From the NCBI GenBank assembly GCA_002269645.1, contig NIVC01000175.1:496001-560000 (forward strand): DNA of 64,000 nt. Reading direction: 5' to 3'. The notes beneath the pieces were generated by a model. That model was not told where the DNA came from. It worked only from the letters and a program-made list of their open reading frames with translations, and did not search any database. The stretch comes from Macrostomum lignano (Eukaryota). Below are positions 41,460 through 54,066 of the stretch, piece after piece. The stretch's first letter is position 1. Every line of letters starts with the position of its first letter. Both the position numbers and the translations under genes were made by a program.

Positions 41460-44400
41460 TTATTTGTTAGACTTGAGCCAATCTGCATGCCGCTTAGCCT
41501 GGGCATCCCAGAGCTTCTGCAGCTTCTTCAAAGCCGACTTGGACACCTCCTTGCCCTGGGCATCGTGAGTCGGCATGCCGCGTTCGTCGAACTTTGAATA
41601 TTTGTCCGTGTCGCCGAGGAACATCTGCTCAGCGGGCTGTTTGCCACGATCCTCCAGCGAAGCCTTGGCGGCCGCTTTTGCCGCCTTTTCAGCCGCTTTG
41701 TTGGCCTCCCTCTGCATGGTTTTTTGGGGGTGTTTGGCGCTGGTTCTACATGAGACAACTAAATGGCTACTGATACGAGCTAAACCTTAATTTTGGCGCC
41801 AAGTCTACTGATAGCTAAGGATTTGGCGCCAAGTCTACTCTCATACTCAAGGATTTGGCACCAAGTCTACTGATAGCTAAGGGTTTGGCGCCAAGTCTAC
41901 TGATAGCTAAGGGTTTGGCGCCAAGTCTACTGATAGCTAAGGATTTGGCGCCAAGTCTACTGATAGCTAAGGGTTTGGCGCCAAGTCTACCGATAGCTAA
42001 TGATTTGGCGCCAAGTCTATTGAAAGCTTAGAGTTTGGCGCCAAGTCTACTGATAGCTAAGGATTTGGCGCCAAGTCTACTCTCATACTCAAGGATTTGG
42101 CACCAAGTCTACTGATAGCTAAAGATTTGGGGCCAAGTCTACTGATAGCTAAGGATTTTGGCGCCAAGTCTACTGATAGCTAAGAATTTGGCGCCAAGTC
42201 TACTGATAGCTAAGGGTTTGGCGCCAAGTCTACTGATAGCTAAGGGTTTGGCGCCAAGTCTACTGATAGCTAATGATTTGGCGCCAAGTCTACTCTCATA
42301 TACCAGGATTTGGCGCCAATGTCTAACCCGCCTCACCTCGGCCCTCTCACTCCGCTCGGCAGCCAGCAGATCAGCCGGATAGAAGCCCACAGCAGCGGGC
42401 AAGTTGCCCTCGCGATCCTGCAGCCGAACCCCCAGCCGACTCAACCGATCGTCCCGCATGACATCGCAAGCGGCCAAGACGTCTTTGAGCTTGCGTTCGC
42501 GGGCTTGAAGTCGAACGCTGGCTCGAGCATCGGCGATGGCTCTTAGCAGAGGCGCCAAAGTTACCTGCCGATCAATGCTAGCCGCTTCAATAGGCAGATC
42601 GTCAACTTCGGGCTTGTCGTCGCCGAACTTGGCTTTGATGCCGGATTTCTGTAGGGCTTCGATTAATTGATTGGGCAGAGAGGCCAGCTCCGGCGCCAGG
42701 TCCGGGTTGCAGTCGGTGAAGAACTGCTTGGCCTCTTGGAGCAGGTCACGGATCTGGATGTGTAGGTTGGACAGCAGAGGGAGTGAGGTTATAGATCGAT
42801 TTAAGTTAATTTTATTAAGCACACAGAGTTCAGATAATGGCACCTTTAGAGGTCTCAGATAATGACACCCTTAGATCTCAGATACTGGCACTCTTAGATC
42901 TCAGATACTGGCACCCTTAGATCTCAGATACTGGCACCCTTAGATCTCAGATACTGGCACCCTTAGATTTCAGATAATGGCACCCTTAAAGGTCTCAGAT
43001 AATAGCACACTTAGATTACAGATAATAGCACACTTAGATCTCAGATAATGGCACCCTATAGAGGGTTTTAGATAACGATAACCACAGAACAATGCCAGAA
43101 TACTTTATAAATCGCAAAGAATAAAATAAAATGAAATTACCAACTCTTTAGTAGCAGGCCTCCATTCCAAACCATAGAAGCCATCAGGCAGCGGTTTATG
43201 CTTGAATCCGGGTTCTGTACCAGCCACATCAACAGTCCCATACACGTCCAACAATCGAGTGACGGCAACAGCCAATCGCTGCAGCAGTTGAACATTACCG
43301 CCAGTTCGTCCATTACTAGAAGCCAAGAGATTATTAGCCGCAAATATTGCCTCCTGACAAATAATCAACGACCGTCTTGTATCCAAATTATCGCACAGAG
43401 CTTCGCGTATTTTATCGTCAAACGAAGCGACTTGTCCAGCGAAATCTTCAGCCACTGAACTGTCAGATTCGCTGCTCAGCTGAAGCTCTTCAACTGCTCG
43501 AGCAATATTGTAGAAAAAGTCGGCAAACTGTCGTTCATAACTTGCCGCTAAAGTCATGGTCTCCTCGCTGTAGTCCAGCGTGTCCTTCCACGAGTGCAAT
43601 AGGAAGGCTAGTCGGAGTTTTCGCGGCGAGTGCTGAGCCAGAGCCTCGCGAATAGTGATGAAGTTTTTGAGACTTTTGCTCATCTTGCAGCCAGAGATGG
43701 TCAGGTGACCGGAGTGGAGAAAGTAGCTGGAGTATGAAAAAGACATCTAGTACGATTACTCGCTATCATTGAGGATAAGCTTTTCTTAGAAATACTCTTA
43801 CCAAATATATTGATAATATATACTCAAGTAACTCTCATGCAAGCTAAAATATTTTTCAAAGTCAACCTCGCCGAATGAAACTGGATTTAAAACATTTTTT
43901 CAATAACTGCAAATTATCTTTGCCCCCCCCTGCAATAAATTTCTTAAAAATACCCTCTCCCAAGAAATCCTCGAAAATACCCTCCCATAAATTCCTCACA
44001 TAACAGCCATAATTATTTTCACAAATTACGGTTAAATACCTTATTTTCTCTAAAAACTCACTAATTCCTCTCAAAAATACCCCTAATACCTCCCATAAAA
44101 TACCCCTACTTCCTCTCACAGAATACCCCTAATTCCTCTCACAAAATACCTCTAATTCCTCTTACAGAATACCCCTAATTTCTCTTACAGAATACCCCTA
44201 ATTCCTCTTACAGAATACCCCTAATTCCCCTCACGAAATACCCCTAATTCCCAAACAGAAAAACGCACCAGTCTAATGAAAATACCCCAGAGAAACACGA
44301 TCTCGCCGACTCACCGGACCCAATGCGAATGACCAAAATAAGCCTCAGCCTGGGCCAGCTCGTTATCGTGATGCGGGAATTTCAAATCCACTCCGCCAGT

Positions 44401-47400
44401 GTGAATATCGAGCACAGGACCGCACTCCTTACTAGCCATCACTGAGCACTCAATATGCCAGCCCGGTCGGCCGGAACCCCACGGACTTTTCCAAGCCGGC
44501 TCGCCAGGTTTGCTAGCCTTCCACAGGGCGAAATCGGCTTGAGACCGTTTCTCTCTGAGTCGATCGGCTCCGATTGACAGGTCGCCCTCGCCCTCCTGCA
44601 GCAGTTTCTGATTGCCGTAGGCGGCCGGGACCAGCTTAGCGTAGAAATGACCATCCGCTTCGGAGAATTTTTGCGTATCAAAGTAAACCGAACCGTTGGA
44701 CTCGTAGGCGAAGCCTTGGTCGATGATTTTCTGGGATTAAATTATTTTCAAGGTAAACAGTCGGAGTAAAAATTTGTGTGCCTCGTCATCTAATTAGATA
44801 AACGTTTCTACTCTGACGTCTCGTGAGAATTTAGACTGTTAATTCCCTTAATTGAGAATCTTAAGAGGGTTCTCAGGTGAAAATCACAGGTGATAATCTC
44901 GAGAGAGATCTCATTTGAGAATGAATCTCAAGAAAGATCCCGGGTGAGAATCTCAAGAGAGATCCCGGGTGAGAATCTCAAGAGAGATCTCAGGTGAGAA
45001 TCTCAAGAGAGATCTCAGGTGAGAATCTCAAGAGAGATCTCAGGTAAGAATGAATCTCAAGAAAGATCCCAGGTGAGAATATCAAGAGAGATCACAGGTG
45101 AGAATCTCAAGAGAGATCTCAGGTGAGAATCTCAAGAGAGATCTCATTTGAGAACGAATCTCAAGAGAGATCTCAGGTGAGAATGAATCTCAAGAGAGAT
45201 CCCGGGTGAGAATCTCAAGAGAGATCCCAGGTGAGAATCTCAAGAGAGATCCCGGGTGAGAATCTCAAGAGAGATCTCAGGTGAGAATCTCAAGAGAGAT
45301 CTCAGGTGAGAATCTCAAGAGAGATCACAGATGATAATCTCGAGAGAGATCTCAGGTGAGAATCTCAAGAGAGATCTCATTTGAGAACGAATCTCAAGAG
45401 AGATCTCAGGTGAGAATGAATCTCAAGAGAGATCCCGGGTGAGAATCTCAAGAGAGATCCCGGGTGAGAATCTCAAGAGAGATCCCGGGTAAGAATCTCA
45501 AGAGAGATCTCAGGTGAGAATCTCAAGAGAGATCTCAGGTGAGAATCTCAAGAGAGATCACAGATGATAATCTCGAGAGAGATCTCATTTGAGAATGAAT
45601 CTCGAGAGAGATCTCATTTGAGAATGAATCTCAAGAGAGATCCCAGGTGAGAATCTCAAGAAAGATCTCAGGTGAGGATCTCGAGAGAGATCTCATTTGA
45701 GAATGAATCTCAAGAGATCTGAGGTGGGAATCTAAAGAGAAAGAGAGATCTCCGGTGAGAATCTAAGTGAGAGATCTCAAATGAGAATCTCAGTCTTTAC
45801 AGAGAAGGTAAAACAGATTTACCTGGCAGTAGTCAATAATCTCGGGTACAACTTCGCTAACCCGCACCAGTCGATCAGGATCCAAAATATTCAAGGCTCG
45901 CATATCAACAAAGTATTCACGTTCGAATTGTTTCGGCAGATCTTCAAACACGGCATTATCAGTGACGGTGCTGCCCAGCTTGCTGTCTAACCAATCGCAA
46001 AGACAGTCCCGAGATTGCGTTAGCAGCACTTTAAAATTGTCGCTATTAAGTGCAGCTTGTACTTTGTCTAGATCGCGCTTGTGCATAGCTTGTTTATCTG
46101 GGTCTGTCTCGTTACTAGCTTTGGATTCTAAACGTTTGACAGCTTCGAGAACATCGGCCCGAACTTCATCGAGACTGCTGGCTCGGCTCGAGTATTGATC
46201 GAATAGGTAGCCTTGGCGAGCCCGCTTGATGATCTGGTGGAGATATGATGCAGAGGAGATCCTTCTTTGTGTCTCAGTAGGATCTCTGCTTGCTTGTCTG
46301 AGATCTCTTCTAGGTGTCTCTATGAGATATTTCCTGAGTGTCTCTATGAGATCTCTCCTGGTGTCTCCATGAGATCTCTCCTGGTGTCTATGAGATATCT
46401 CCTGTTATCTTTGAGATCTTTCCTGGTGTCTCAGATCTTTCCTGGGTGTCTATGAGATCTTTCCTGGTGTCTCTATGAGATCTCTCCTGGTGTCTCTATA
46501 AGATCTCTCCTGGTGTCTCTATGAGATCTGTCCTGGTGTCTCTATGAGATCTCTCCTGGTGTCTCTATAAGATCTGTCCTGGTGTCTCTATAAGATTTCT
46601 CCTGGTGTCTCCATGAGATCTCTCCTGGTGTCTATGAGATATCTCCTGTTATCTCTGAGATCTTTCCTGGTGTCTATGAGATCTTTCCTGGGTGTCTATG
46701 AGATCTTTCCTGGTGTCTCAGATCTTTCCTGGGTGTCTATGAGATCTTTCCTGGTGTCTATGAGATCTTTCCTGGGTGTCTATGAGATCTTTCCTGGTGT
46801 CTCTATGAGATCTCTCCTGGTGTCTCTATGAGATCTCTCCTGGTGTCTCTATCAGATCTCTACTGGTGTCTCTATCAGATCTCTACTGGTGTCTCTATCT
46901 GATCTCTCCTTGTGTCTCAGATCTTTCCTGGGTGTCTCTCTCCTGGTGCCCTCTATGAGATCTCTCCTGATGCCTTCTATGAGATCTCTGCTTATACCCT
47001 CTATGAGATCTCTCCTGATGCCTTCTATGAGATCTCCTGATGCCTTCTATGAGATCTCCTGATGCCTTCTATGAGATCTCTGCTTATACCCTCTATGAGA
47101 TCTCTCCTGATGCCCTCTATGAGATCTCTCCTGGTGCCCTCTATGAGATCCCTTCTGATGCCCATTATGATCTCTCTCCTTGCGTCTCAACGAGATCTCA
47201 CTTGGTTTTGGTCTATGAGATTTTTCTATTGTATCTCTATCAGGTCTCTCGCTTGTTTTTGAGATCTCGCTTTGTAATTTTACCTGTTTCCTTATTAACT
47301 TTCCCTGCCTCTATGAGATCTCTATAACTGAACAATTTGAGACCAAATAAGCCCCGCACGCAATTTACCTTATCATCAATATCCGTAATATTCATAACGT

Positions 47401-47656
47401 AGTGCACATCAAATTTAAAATAATCCACAAATATTCTGCGCATAATATCGAAGCTGATGTAGGATCTGGCGTGGCCCATATGCGACATATCGTACACAGT
47501 CGGACCGCACGAGTACCACTCAACGTGACGCCCCTTCTCTGGCACAAACGGTTCTTTCTGGTTAGTTAAACTGTTGAATAGCTTTAACGGTGGCAGGTTA
47601 TCAACGCCAGGCGTTTGCTGAGGCGGCTGCCACAGCGGTTGAGCTCGAGTTGACAT
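41460..47656 (-). CDS. CARS1: Cytoplasmic cysteinyl-tRNA synthetase, 789 aa; complement join(47369-47656,45823-46233,44315-44730,43141-43726,42337-42753,41460-41711)
   Basis: [20 protein letters not shown] (HIGH motif), [54 protein letters not shown] (KMSKS), and C-terminal [13 protein letters not shown]. Five GT-AG introns with consistent phase; 2370 nt; AATAAA about 55 nt after the stop. Confidence 0.95.
41790..42320. repeat. 30-bp array (ctactgatagctaagggtttggcgccaagt) in CARS intron 5
   Basis: Direct periodicity. Confidence 0.92.
42820..43060. repeat. 23-bp array (tcagatactggcacccttagatc) in CARS intron 4
   Basis: Direct periodicity. Confidence 0.85.
43960..44245. repeat. Degenerate 23-bp array (cagaatacccctaattcctctca) in CARS intron 3
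   Basis: Direct periodicity, partly decayed. Confidence 0.7.
44850..45790. repeat. 25-bp array (gagaatctcaagagagatctcaggt) in CARS intron 2
   Basis: Direct periodicity. Confidence 0.92.
46255..47330. repeat. About 23-bp array (ctctatgagatctctcctggtgt) in CARS intron 1
   Basis: Direct periodicity. Confidence 0.9.
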
Positions 47657-48189
47657 GTCTGCAGACAAGCAATTAAAGCGGTACTTACATATTTTTTTAT
47701 CATACTGTATAAGCCATCTTATGTTAACAAAAACAAACCGGAAACTTACTGACGCTGCTATCAATCAATTTCCCAGCAGATAATGATAATCCGGAGGCTT
47801 GGTTAATCAGCTGTTTAGATATAGTTTGAAAGCAATAGAGTTTTTTTGCTAGGACAAACAGCAATCATAAAAAAGTGATGGATAATATAAATTTCACAAA
47901 TTGATTGTAGAGATTGCTTGTTTAAGATTTTACATTAAGAAAATTTTCACTATAGACTACTTGTAGCAATTAAGAAAACAAAAATTCAGACGCAAACTGT
48001 CTAAAATATTCTGAAAACTACTGTTGGTAGGAGAATATAATATTATGTAAAAGCTATCAGAAAAATCACCTTTAAATTAAAGGCTATTTTTTATTAAACA
48101 ATTTTAATCGTGATTGAGTGACCATTCTAGGAATGTGTCAGAAAAATTTGAAGACGATTAAAGTATTATTTCAAGGATGGTTAAAAAGG

Positions 48190-50028
48190 CGATATTAAGG
48201 ATGATTTAAGGACGATTCAAAGAATTATTTAAGGGCGATTCAAAGAATGATTCGAGGGCGATTCAAAGAATTATTTAAGGGCGGTTCTAAGAATGATTCA
48301 AGGGCGATTCTAAGAATGATTCAAGGGCGGTTCTAAGAATAATTCAAGGGCGATTCTAAGAATAATTCAAGGGCGATTCTAAGAATGATTCAATGGCGAT
48401 TCTAAGAAAGGTTTAGGTACTATTCTTAGAATGATTCAAGGGCGATTCTAAGAATGATTCAAGGGCGATTCTAAGAAAGGTTCAAGGGCGATTCTAAGAA
48501 TGATTCAATGGCGATTCTAAGAATGATTCAAGGGCGATTCTAAGAATAATTCAAGGGCGATTCTAAGAATGATTCAAGGGCGATTCTAAGAATGATTCAA
48601 TGGCGATTCTAAGAATAATTCAAGGGCGATTCTAAGAATGATTCAAGGGCGATTTTAAAAATGATTCAATGGCGATTCTAAGAATAATTCAAGGGCGATT
48701 CTAAGAATGATTCAAGGGCGATTCTAAGAATGATTCAAGGGCGATTTTAAGAATGATTCAAGGGCGATTCTAAGAATGATTCAAGGGCGATTCTAAGAAT
48801 GATTCAATGGCGATTCTAAGAATAATTCAAGGGCGATTCTAAGAATGATTCAAGGGCGATTTTAAAAATGATTCAATGGCGATTCTAAGAATAATTCAAG
48901 GGCGATTCTAAGAATGATTCAAGGGCGATTCTAAGAATGATTCAAGGGCGATTCTAAGAATGATTCAAGGGCGATTCTAAGAATGATTCAAGGGCGATTT
49001 TAAGAATGATTCAAGGGCGATTCTAAGAATGATTCAGGGACTATTCTAAGAATGATTCAGGGACTATTCTAAGAAAGGTTTAGGGACTATTCTTAGAATG
49101 ATTCAAGGGCGATTCTAAGAATGATTCAAGGGCGATTCTAAGAATAATTCAAGGGCGATTCTAAGAATGATTCAAGGGCGATTCTAAGAATGATTCAAGG
49201 GCGATTCTAAGAATGATTCAAGGGCGATTCTAAGAATGATTCAAGGGCGATTCTAAGAATGATTCAAGGGCGATTCTAAGAATGATTCAATGGCGATTCT
49301 AAGAATAATTCAAGGGCGATTCTAAGAATGATTCAAGGGCGATTTTAAAAATGATTCAATGGCGATTCTAAGAATAATTCAAGGGCGATTCTAAGAATGA
49401 TTCAAGGGCGATTCTAAGAATGATTCAAGGGCGATTCTAAGAATGATTCAAGGGCGATTCTAAGAATGATTCAAGGGCGATTTTAAGAATGATTCAAGGG
49501 CGATTCTAAGAATGATTCAGGGACTATTCTAAGAATGATTCAGGGACTATTCTAAGAAAGGTTTAGGGACTATTCTTAGAATGATTCAAGGGCGATTCTA
49601 AGAATGATTCAAGGGCGATTCTAAGAATAATTCAAGGGCGATTCTAAGAATGATTCAAGGGCGATTCTAAGAATGATTCAAGGGCGATTCTAAGAATGAT
49701 TCAAGGGCGATTCTAAGAATGATTCAAGGGCGATTCTAAGAATGATTCAAGGGCGATTCTAAGAATGATTCAAGGGCGATTTTAAGAATGATTCAAGGGC
49801 GATTCTAAGAATGATTCAGGGACTATTCTAAGAATGATTCAGGGACTATTCTAAGAAAGGTTTAGGGACTATTCTTAGAATGATTCAAGGGCGATTCTTA
49901 GAATGATTCAAGGGCGATTCTAAGAATGATTCAAGGGCGATTCTAAGAATGATTCAATGGCGATTCTAAGAATGATTCAAGGGCGATTCTAAGAATGATT
50001 CAAGGGCGACTCTAAGAATGATTCAAAA
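48190..50028. repeat. 23-bp minisatellite (aagaatgattcaagggcgattct) with higher-order blocks, between ALYREF and CARS
   Basis: Direct periodicity; the variant block cagggactattct..aaaggtttagggac recurs near 49030, 49515 and 49815. Confidence 0.96.
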
Positions 50029-51164
50029 TTGTAGTGCCAGACAGTGCAACTGAAAGAAAAACCATACGCATACCGCGTGTATCTAAATGATTTAAACAAA
50101 CTCACTTGCTTAAAAAACCGGCATGATTTTGTTTAGCACAGAACGATGAAACAAACTGGCACAGGTAATTAATAATTAATTAATTATTGTGATTGAGAGC
50201 TGGATAACAAAAACCTAATATTTTAAAATCATATTTTTAAGAAACGGAGAACATATTGAAACTAAAAGGTTATAAGAAAATTATTTTTAGTTTTAAATGC
50301 CTTATTAAGAGATATTATTCCTAGATAATAAAAAAAGCTGAATAAAACGCAAATGATAAAAAAAATGTTCGAGAGACACTACTTAAGTAGTGTTGGCCCG
50401 GTAAGCAGACAAAATGCTAAATATTTTTATAGATTAATTATTGTTAGCTAGTAAACAGGTTGCATCATGAAATTTTAACAGACAGAGCAATATATCGCGC
50501 ACTACTTGCTAGTAGCATCGTGTTTGCAGAATGCTAAACATTATTTCTGTTTTTCGTCTTCTAAAACCGTACAAATAAATGAAACAACGATTGAGAGAAC
50601 AGTTTTCCAGACTATTATGTCGTCTGAGTTTTTGTTGCGTTTCTTTGTTTCTCATTTCACAATGTTTTGTTTTTCAACGCCAGCAAAATTATTACACACA
50701 CAGAGACAAATATGCCTACTAATAACAGGCAGCAAAGTAAGTAGTATTTAGTGCGAGAATGATTACAATAAAAATTACGATTTTGTTGGACTGGAACAAG
50801 AAACGAAACAGAAAAAACCGGCACATTGAAAAGATGACTTAAACCTTGAGACTGGGGTGACAAGTTGCTCAAGTTTCATTGAGTTTTGAATAGTTTAAAA
50901 AAGTGACACGCAATTAATTATAATTCATATTAATTATAACTACTCGTATTATAAGCTAAAACACGACAACAGACAAGTAAGAATTTACTATTATTATTTA
51001 ATTTGTTTAAACTGTATAAAAGACAGCGACACTGGTATTATCAGCTCGATACAAACGCAACTAACAGCAAAGCAATTCAAGGTTTTGATAACCGTCAGTT
51101 ATTAACTACAGGTACCGGGGGTGCTGGATGTACTTTTATTTTTAGAGACAAAAGAGGTTTTCCT

Positions 51165-51878
51165 TCACTCAGCAGCGGCAGCAGCGGCGGTGTACTTGTC
51201 CAGCTCCGCGTCAAGATCTTCTTTGCTGGGCACCGGCTGCCTGCCACCGCCGCCGCCCCGACCTCCGCCGCGACCGCCGCGACCTCCTCGAGCAGCGCCG
51301 CGACCACCGCCTCGACCTCCGCGGTTGGCGAAACCGCCACTACCGCCGGTGCCACCACCACGCCGCTGCTGCTGAGGCTGTTGAAGCACCCGACGCCCGC
51401 CAGTCATTCCGCCGCCGCCGCCACCTCCGACAAGTTCAATTCGCATCGGCCGGCCGTCAAGCGGCACGCCATTGTACTGATTGAAAGCCTTAGCGGCACT
51501 TTGCTGCCGGTCAAAGTACACATCAGCTGTGCCCAACGATCTGCCCGAACGATCGTAATGAATTGTAGTTTTCTTAACTCGACCGAATTCGGAGAACAGT
51601 TCGAACAAATCGGAATCCGTGACGCCAAAGTCTAGATTAGAGATTAACAATTTGCCAGTCTGCTGTTGAGATTGCATCGGCTGATTTGATGGAGCATTGT
51701 TAGCGGAAGCTGGACGACGCCATTCGCGCTTTTGTACGCCGCCGCCTCCGCGGATGCCGCCGCCAGCGCCGCCACCGCCCCCAGCACCTCGACGGGCTCC
51801 GCCGCGGCCGCGGCCACGACCCGCGGGCTTTGTCATCTTGATGATGTCATCTAAGCTAAGAGCGATTTTATCGGGCAT
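51165..51878 (-). CDS. ALYREF: THO complex subunit 4 / ALYREF mRNA export adaptor, single exon, 237 aa
   Basis: N-terminal MPDKIALSLDDII box, RGG tracts, RRM (KLLISNLDFGVTDSDLFELFSEFG...HYDRSGRSLGTADVYF...YNGVPLDGRPM), C-terminal SKEDLDAELDKY box; AATAAA about 25 nt past the stop. Confidence 0.95.
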   Translation of the reverse strand: MPDKIALSLDDIIKMTKPAGRGRGRGGARRGAGGGGGAGGGIRGGGGVQKREWRRPASANNAPSNQPMQSQQQTGKLLISNLDFGVTDSDLFELFSEFGRVKKTTIHYDRSGRSLGTADVYFDRQQSAAKAFNQYNGVPLDGRPMRIELVGGGGGGGMTGGRRVLQQPQQQRRGGGTGGSGGFANRGGRGGGRGAARGGRGGRGGGRGGGGGRQPVPSKEDLDAELDKYTAAAAAAE

Positions 51879-51999
51879 GTTGATTGATTGATTGATTTAG
51901 TATGACGGTCTTTGTTCGAATGAGAGGTTAGGTTGGCTGCGCTTGCTGAAAAGTATCAACAGAAATATTAATCAAAATATGAATTTTTATTTATAGACA

Positions 52000-52520
52000 A
52001 GCTAAATGCCCCACTATATGATGGATACAGGAGCTAAATACCCCACTATATGATGGATACAGAAGCTAAATACCCCACTATATGATGGATACAGAAGCTA
52101 AATACCCCACTATATGATGGATACAGGAGCTAAATGCCCCACTATATGATGGATACAGGAGCTAAATACCCCACTATATGATGGATACAGAAGCTAAATA
52201 CCCCACTATATGATGGATACAGGAGCTAAATACCCCACTATATGATGGATACAGGAGCTAAATACCCCACTAAATGATGGATACAGAAGCTAAATACCCC
52301 ACTATATGATGGATACAGAAGCTAAATACCCCACTATATGATGGATACAGGAGCTAAATACCCCACTATATGATGGACACAGAAGCTAAATACCCCACTA
52401 TATGATGGACACAGAAGCTAAATACCCCACTATATGATGGACACAGAAGCTAAATACCCCACTATATGATGGACACAGAAGCTAAATACCCCACAATATG
52501 ATGAACACAGAAGCTAAATA
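52000..52520. repeat. 32-bp array (agctaaataccccactatatgatggatacagg) between RPS15-A and ALYREF
   Basis: About 16 copies. Confidence 0.94.
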
Positions 52521-52677
52521 CCACATTACAATAGCAAGGATAAAGGACCTAAATGAAGATAGAGACAATCATTGTTCCAAGCCAAGAATACCTTTCAACT
52601 CTGTTTATTTCGGCATTAAAAAAACACTTGAAATTTGAATCTCCGACAGTTTTAAAAGTACATTGCTCATGAGATCC

Positions 52678-53112
52678 CTACTTCAGCGGGATGAACCGAG
52701 AGCTGTGAGTAGCGCCAATACCCGGTCGGCCATGCTTCACAGGCTTGTAGGTGAGCGAGAACTCTCCCAGGTAGTGCCCAATCATGTCCGGTTTCACTTC
52801 AACAGCATTGAAAGTCTTGCCGTTGTACACGCCAACAATGGAGCCGACCATCTCGGGCAGCACAGGCATGTTGCGCAGGTGAGTCTTGACAGTTGCGGGC
52901 TTCTCACCAACAACGCATTCCTTCTTAGCCTTGCGCAGCCGCTTCAGCAGAGACTGGTGCTTGCGCTTCAGGCCTCGGTTGAGGCGGCGGCGAATCCTGC
53001 AGGTGGCCAACTCGGAGAACTGATCGATGCTCATGTCCAGCAGCTGGTCCAGCTCCACTCCGCGGTAGTAGTACTTGCGGAAGGTCCTGCTCTTCTTCTG
53101 GTCGTCAGCCAT
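52678..53112 (-). CDS. RPS15: 40S ribosomal protein S15 (uS19), copy A, intronless, TAG stop
   Basis: [19 protein letters not shown]...[27 protein letters not shown]...[33 protein letters not shown]. Confidence 0.95.
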   Translation of the reverse strand: MADDQKKSRTFRKYYYRGVELDQLLDMSIDQFSELATCRIRRRLNRGLKRKHQSLLKRLRKAKKECVVGEKPATVKTHLRNMPVLPEMVGSIVGVYNGKTFNAVEVKPDMIGHYLGEFSLTYKPVKHGRPGIGATHSSRFIPLK

Positions 53113-53141
53113 TGGTTAGACATGAAAGATAATGGATTAAT

Positions 53142-53410
53142 GTGGAAATGTGTACACCTCGCGTGAGCGCGTGCCCGAAAATGGGTACACCTCGCCTGAG
53201 CGTGTGCCTGGAAATGTGTACACCTCGCCTGAGCATGTGCCCGGAAATGTGTACACCTCGCGTGAGCGTGTGCCCGGAAATGTGTACAACTCGCCTGAGC
53301 ATGTGCCCGGAAATGTGTACACCTCGCCTGAGCGTGTGCCTGGAAATGTGTACACCTCGCGTGAGTATGTGCCCGGAAATGTGTACACCTCGCGTGAGCG
53401 TGTGCCCGCC
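53142..53410. repeat. 33-bp array (ggaaatgtgtacacctcgcgtgagcgtgtgccc) directly upstream of RPS15-A
   Basis: About 8 copies. Confidence 0.93.
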
Positions 53411-53413
53411 AAG

Positions 53414-53627
53414 GACTACTCAAGTAGAAAGACGGAAAACTGACTTTCTTGGAAAATTTTGAGAGGCAGGCTTCTCTAAACGAAAAAATACACTTTTGCT
53501 TAAAATTTTACGTAAATTTTACGCAAAAATGAAACCTTTCTATCTCTGTAATGTATTTTTTTCGGAGAAGCCTACCTCCCAAATTTTTTTAAGAAACGCA
53601 GTTTCTCGTCCTACTACCCGAGTAGTC
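53414..53627. mobile_element. MITE-like foldback: imperfect inverted arms of about 78 bp
   Basis: 53414-53492 (gactactcaagtagaaagacggaaaactg...gaggcaggcttctc...aaaaaataca) pairs with 53552-53627 (tgtattttt...gagaagcctacctc...cagtttctcgtcctactacccgagtagtc). No clear TSD. Confidence 0.55.
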
Positions 53628-54066
53628 TGAGGTGCCTGCTTGGGGGGGGGGCACTTCTACGTTGGCTGTGGGTGGACTAATTCAAAAATATTTTGACACC
53701 CTCTTAGAGAGAGTCAACAAGACAACTGCTTTGGATTTCGAAGTCTTCCTATCTCGGTAATAATGTTATTAAACCTTTGGGGAAAAGAAACAAAAAAGTC
53801 AATAAATACAAAAATTAATAAATCAAGCCAACACCAAAATTTGGCTGGTATTATTTCAAGTTTCGCGAAAATGCGAAAAACATTGCGAAACCGATTTAAT
53901 TAATTAACGTTTTTTGCAACACGACACTACTGGCGGACACAAGATTTCGCCAATTTTGCAATTAATATTACTGTTCAATCAGATTTAAACTCAAGATTTT
54001 GCCGCGGACACAAAATAACTATTAGTCAATGCCAGGAAAATGCTTCAGTTCAAGAAATCGCTAGTC

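Noticed and set aside
41712-41747. Alternative upstream acceptor (catgtag) for the last CARS exon
   Set aside because: It adds 34 nt and shifts the frame; the catgcag acceptor at 41712-41713 gives the conserved C-terminus.
51003-51635. + strand 210-aa ORF, and the 167/161-aa ORFs opposite the RPS15 copies
   Set aside because: Antisense shadows of GC-rich conserved coding sequence.
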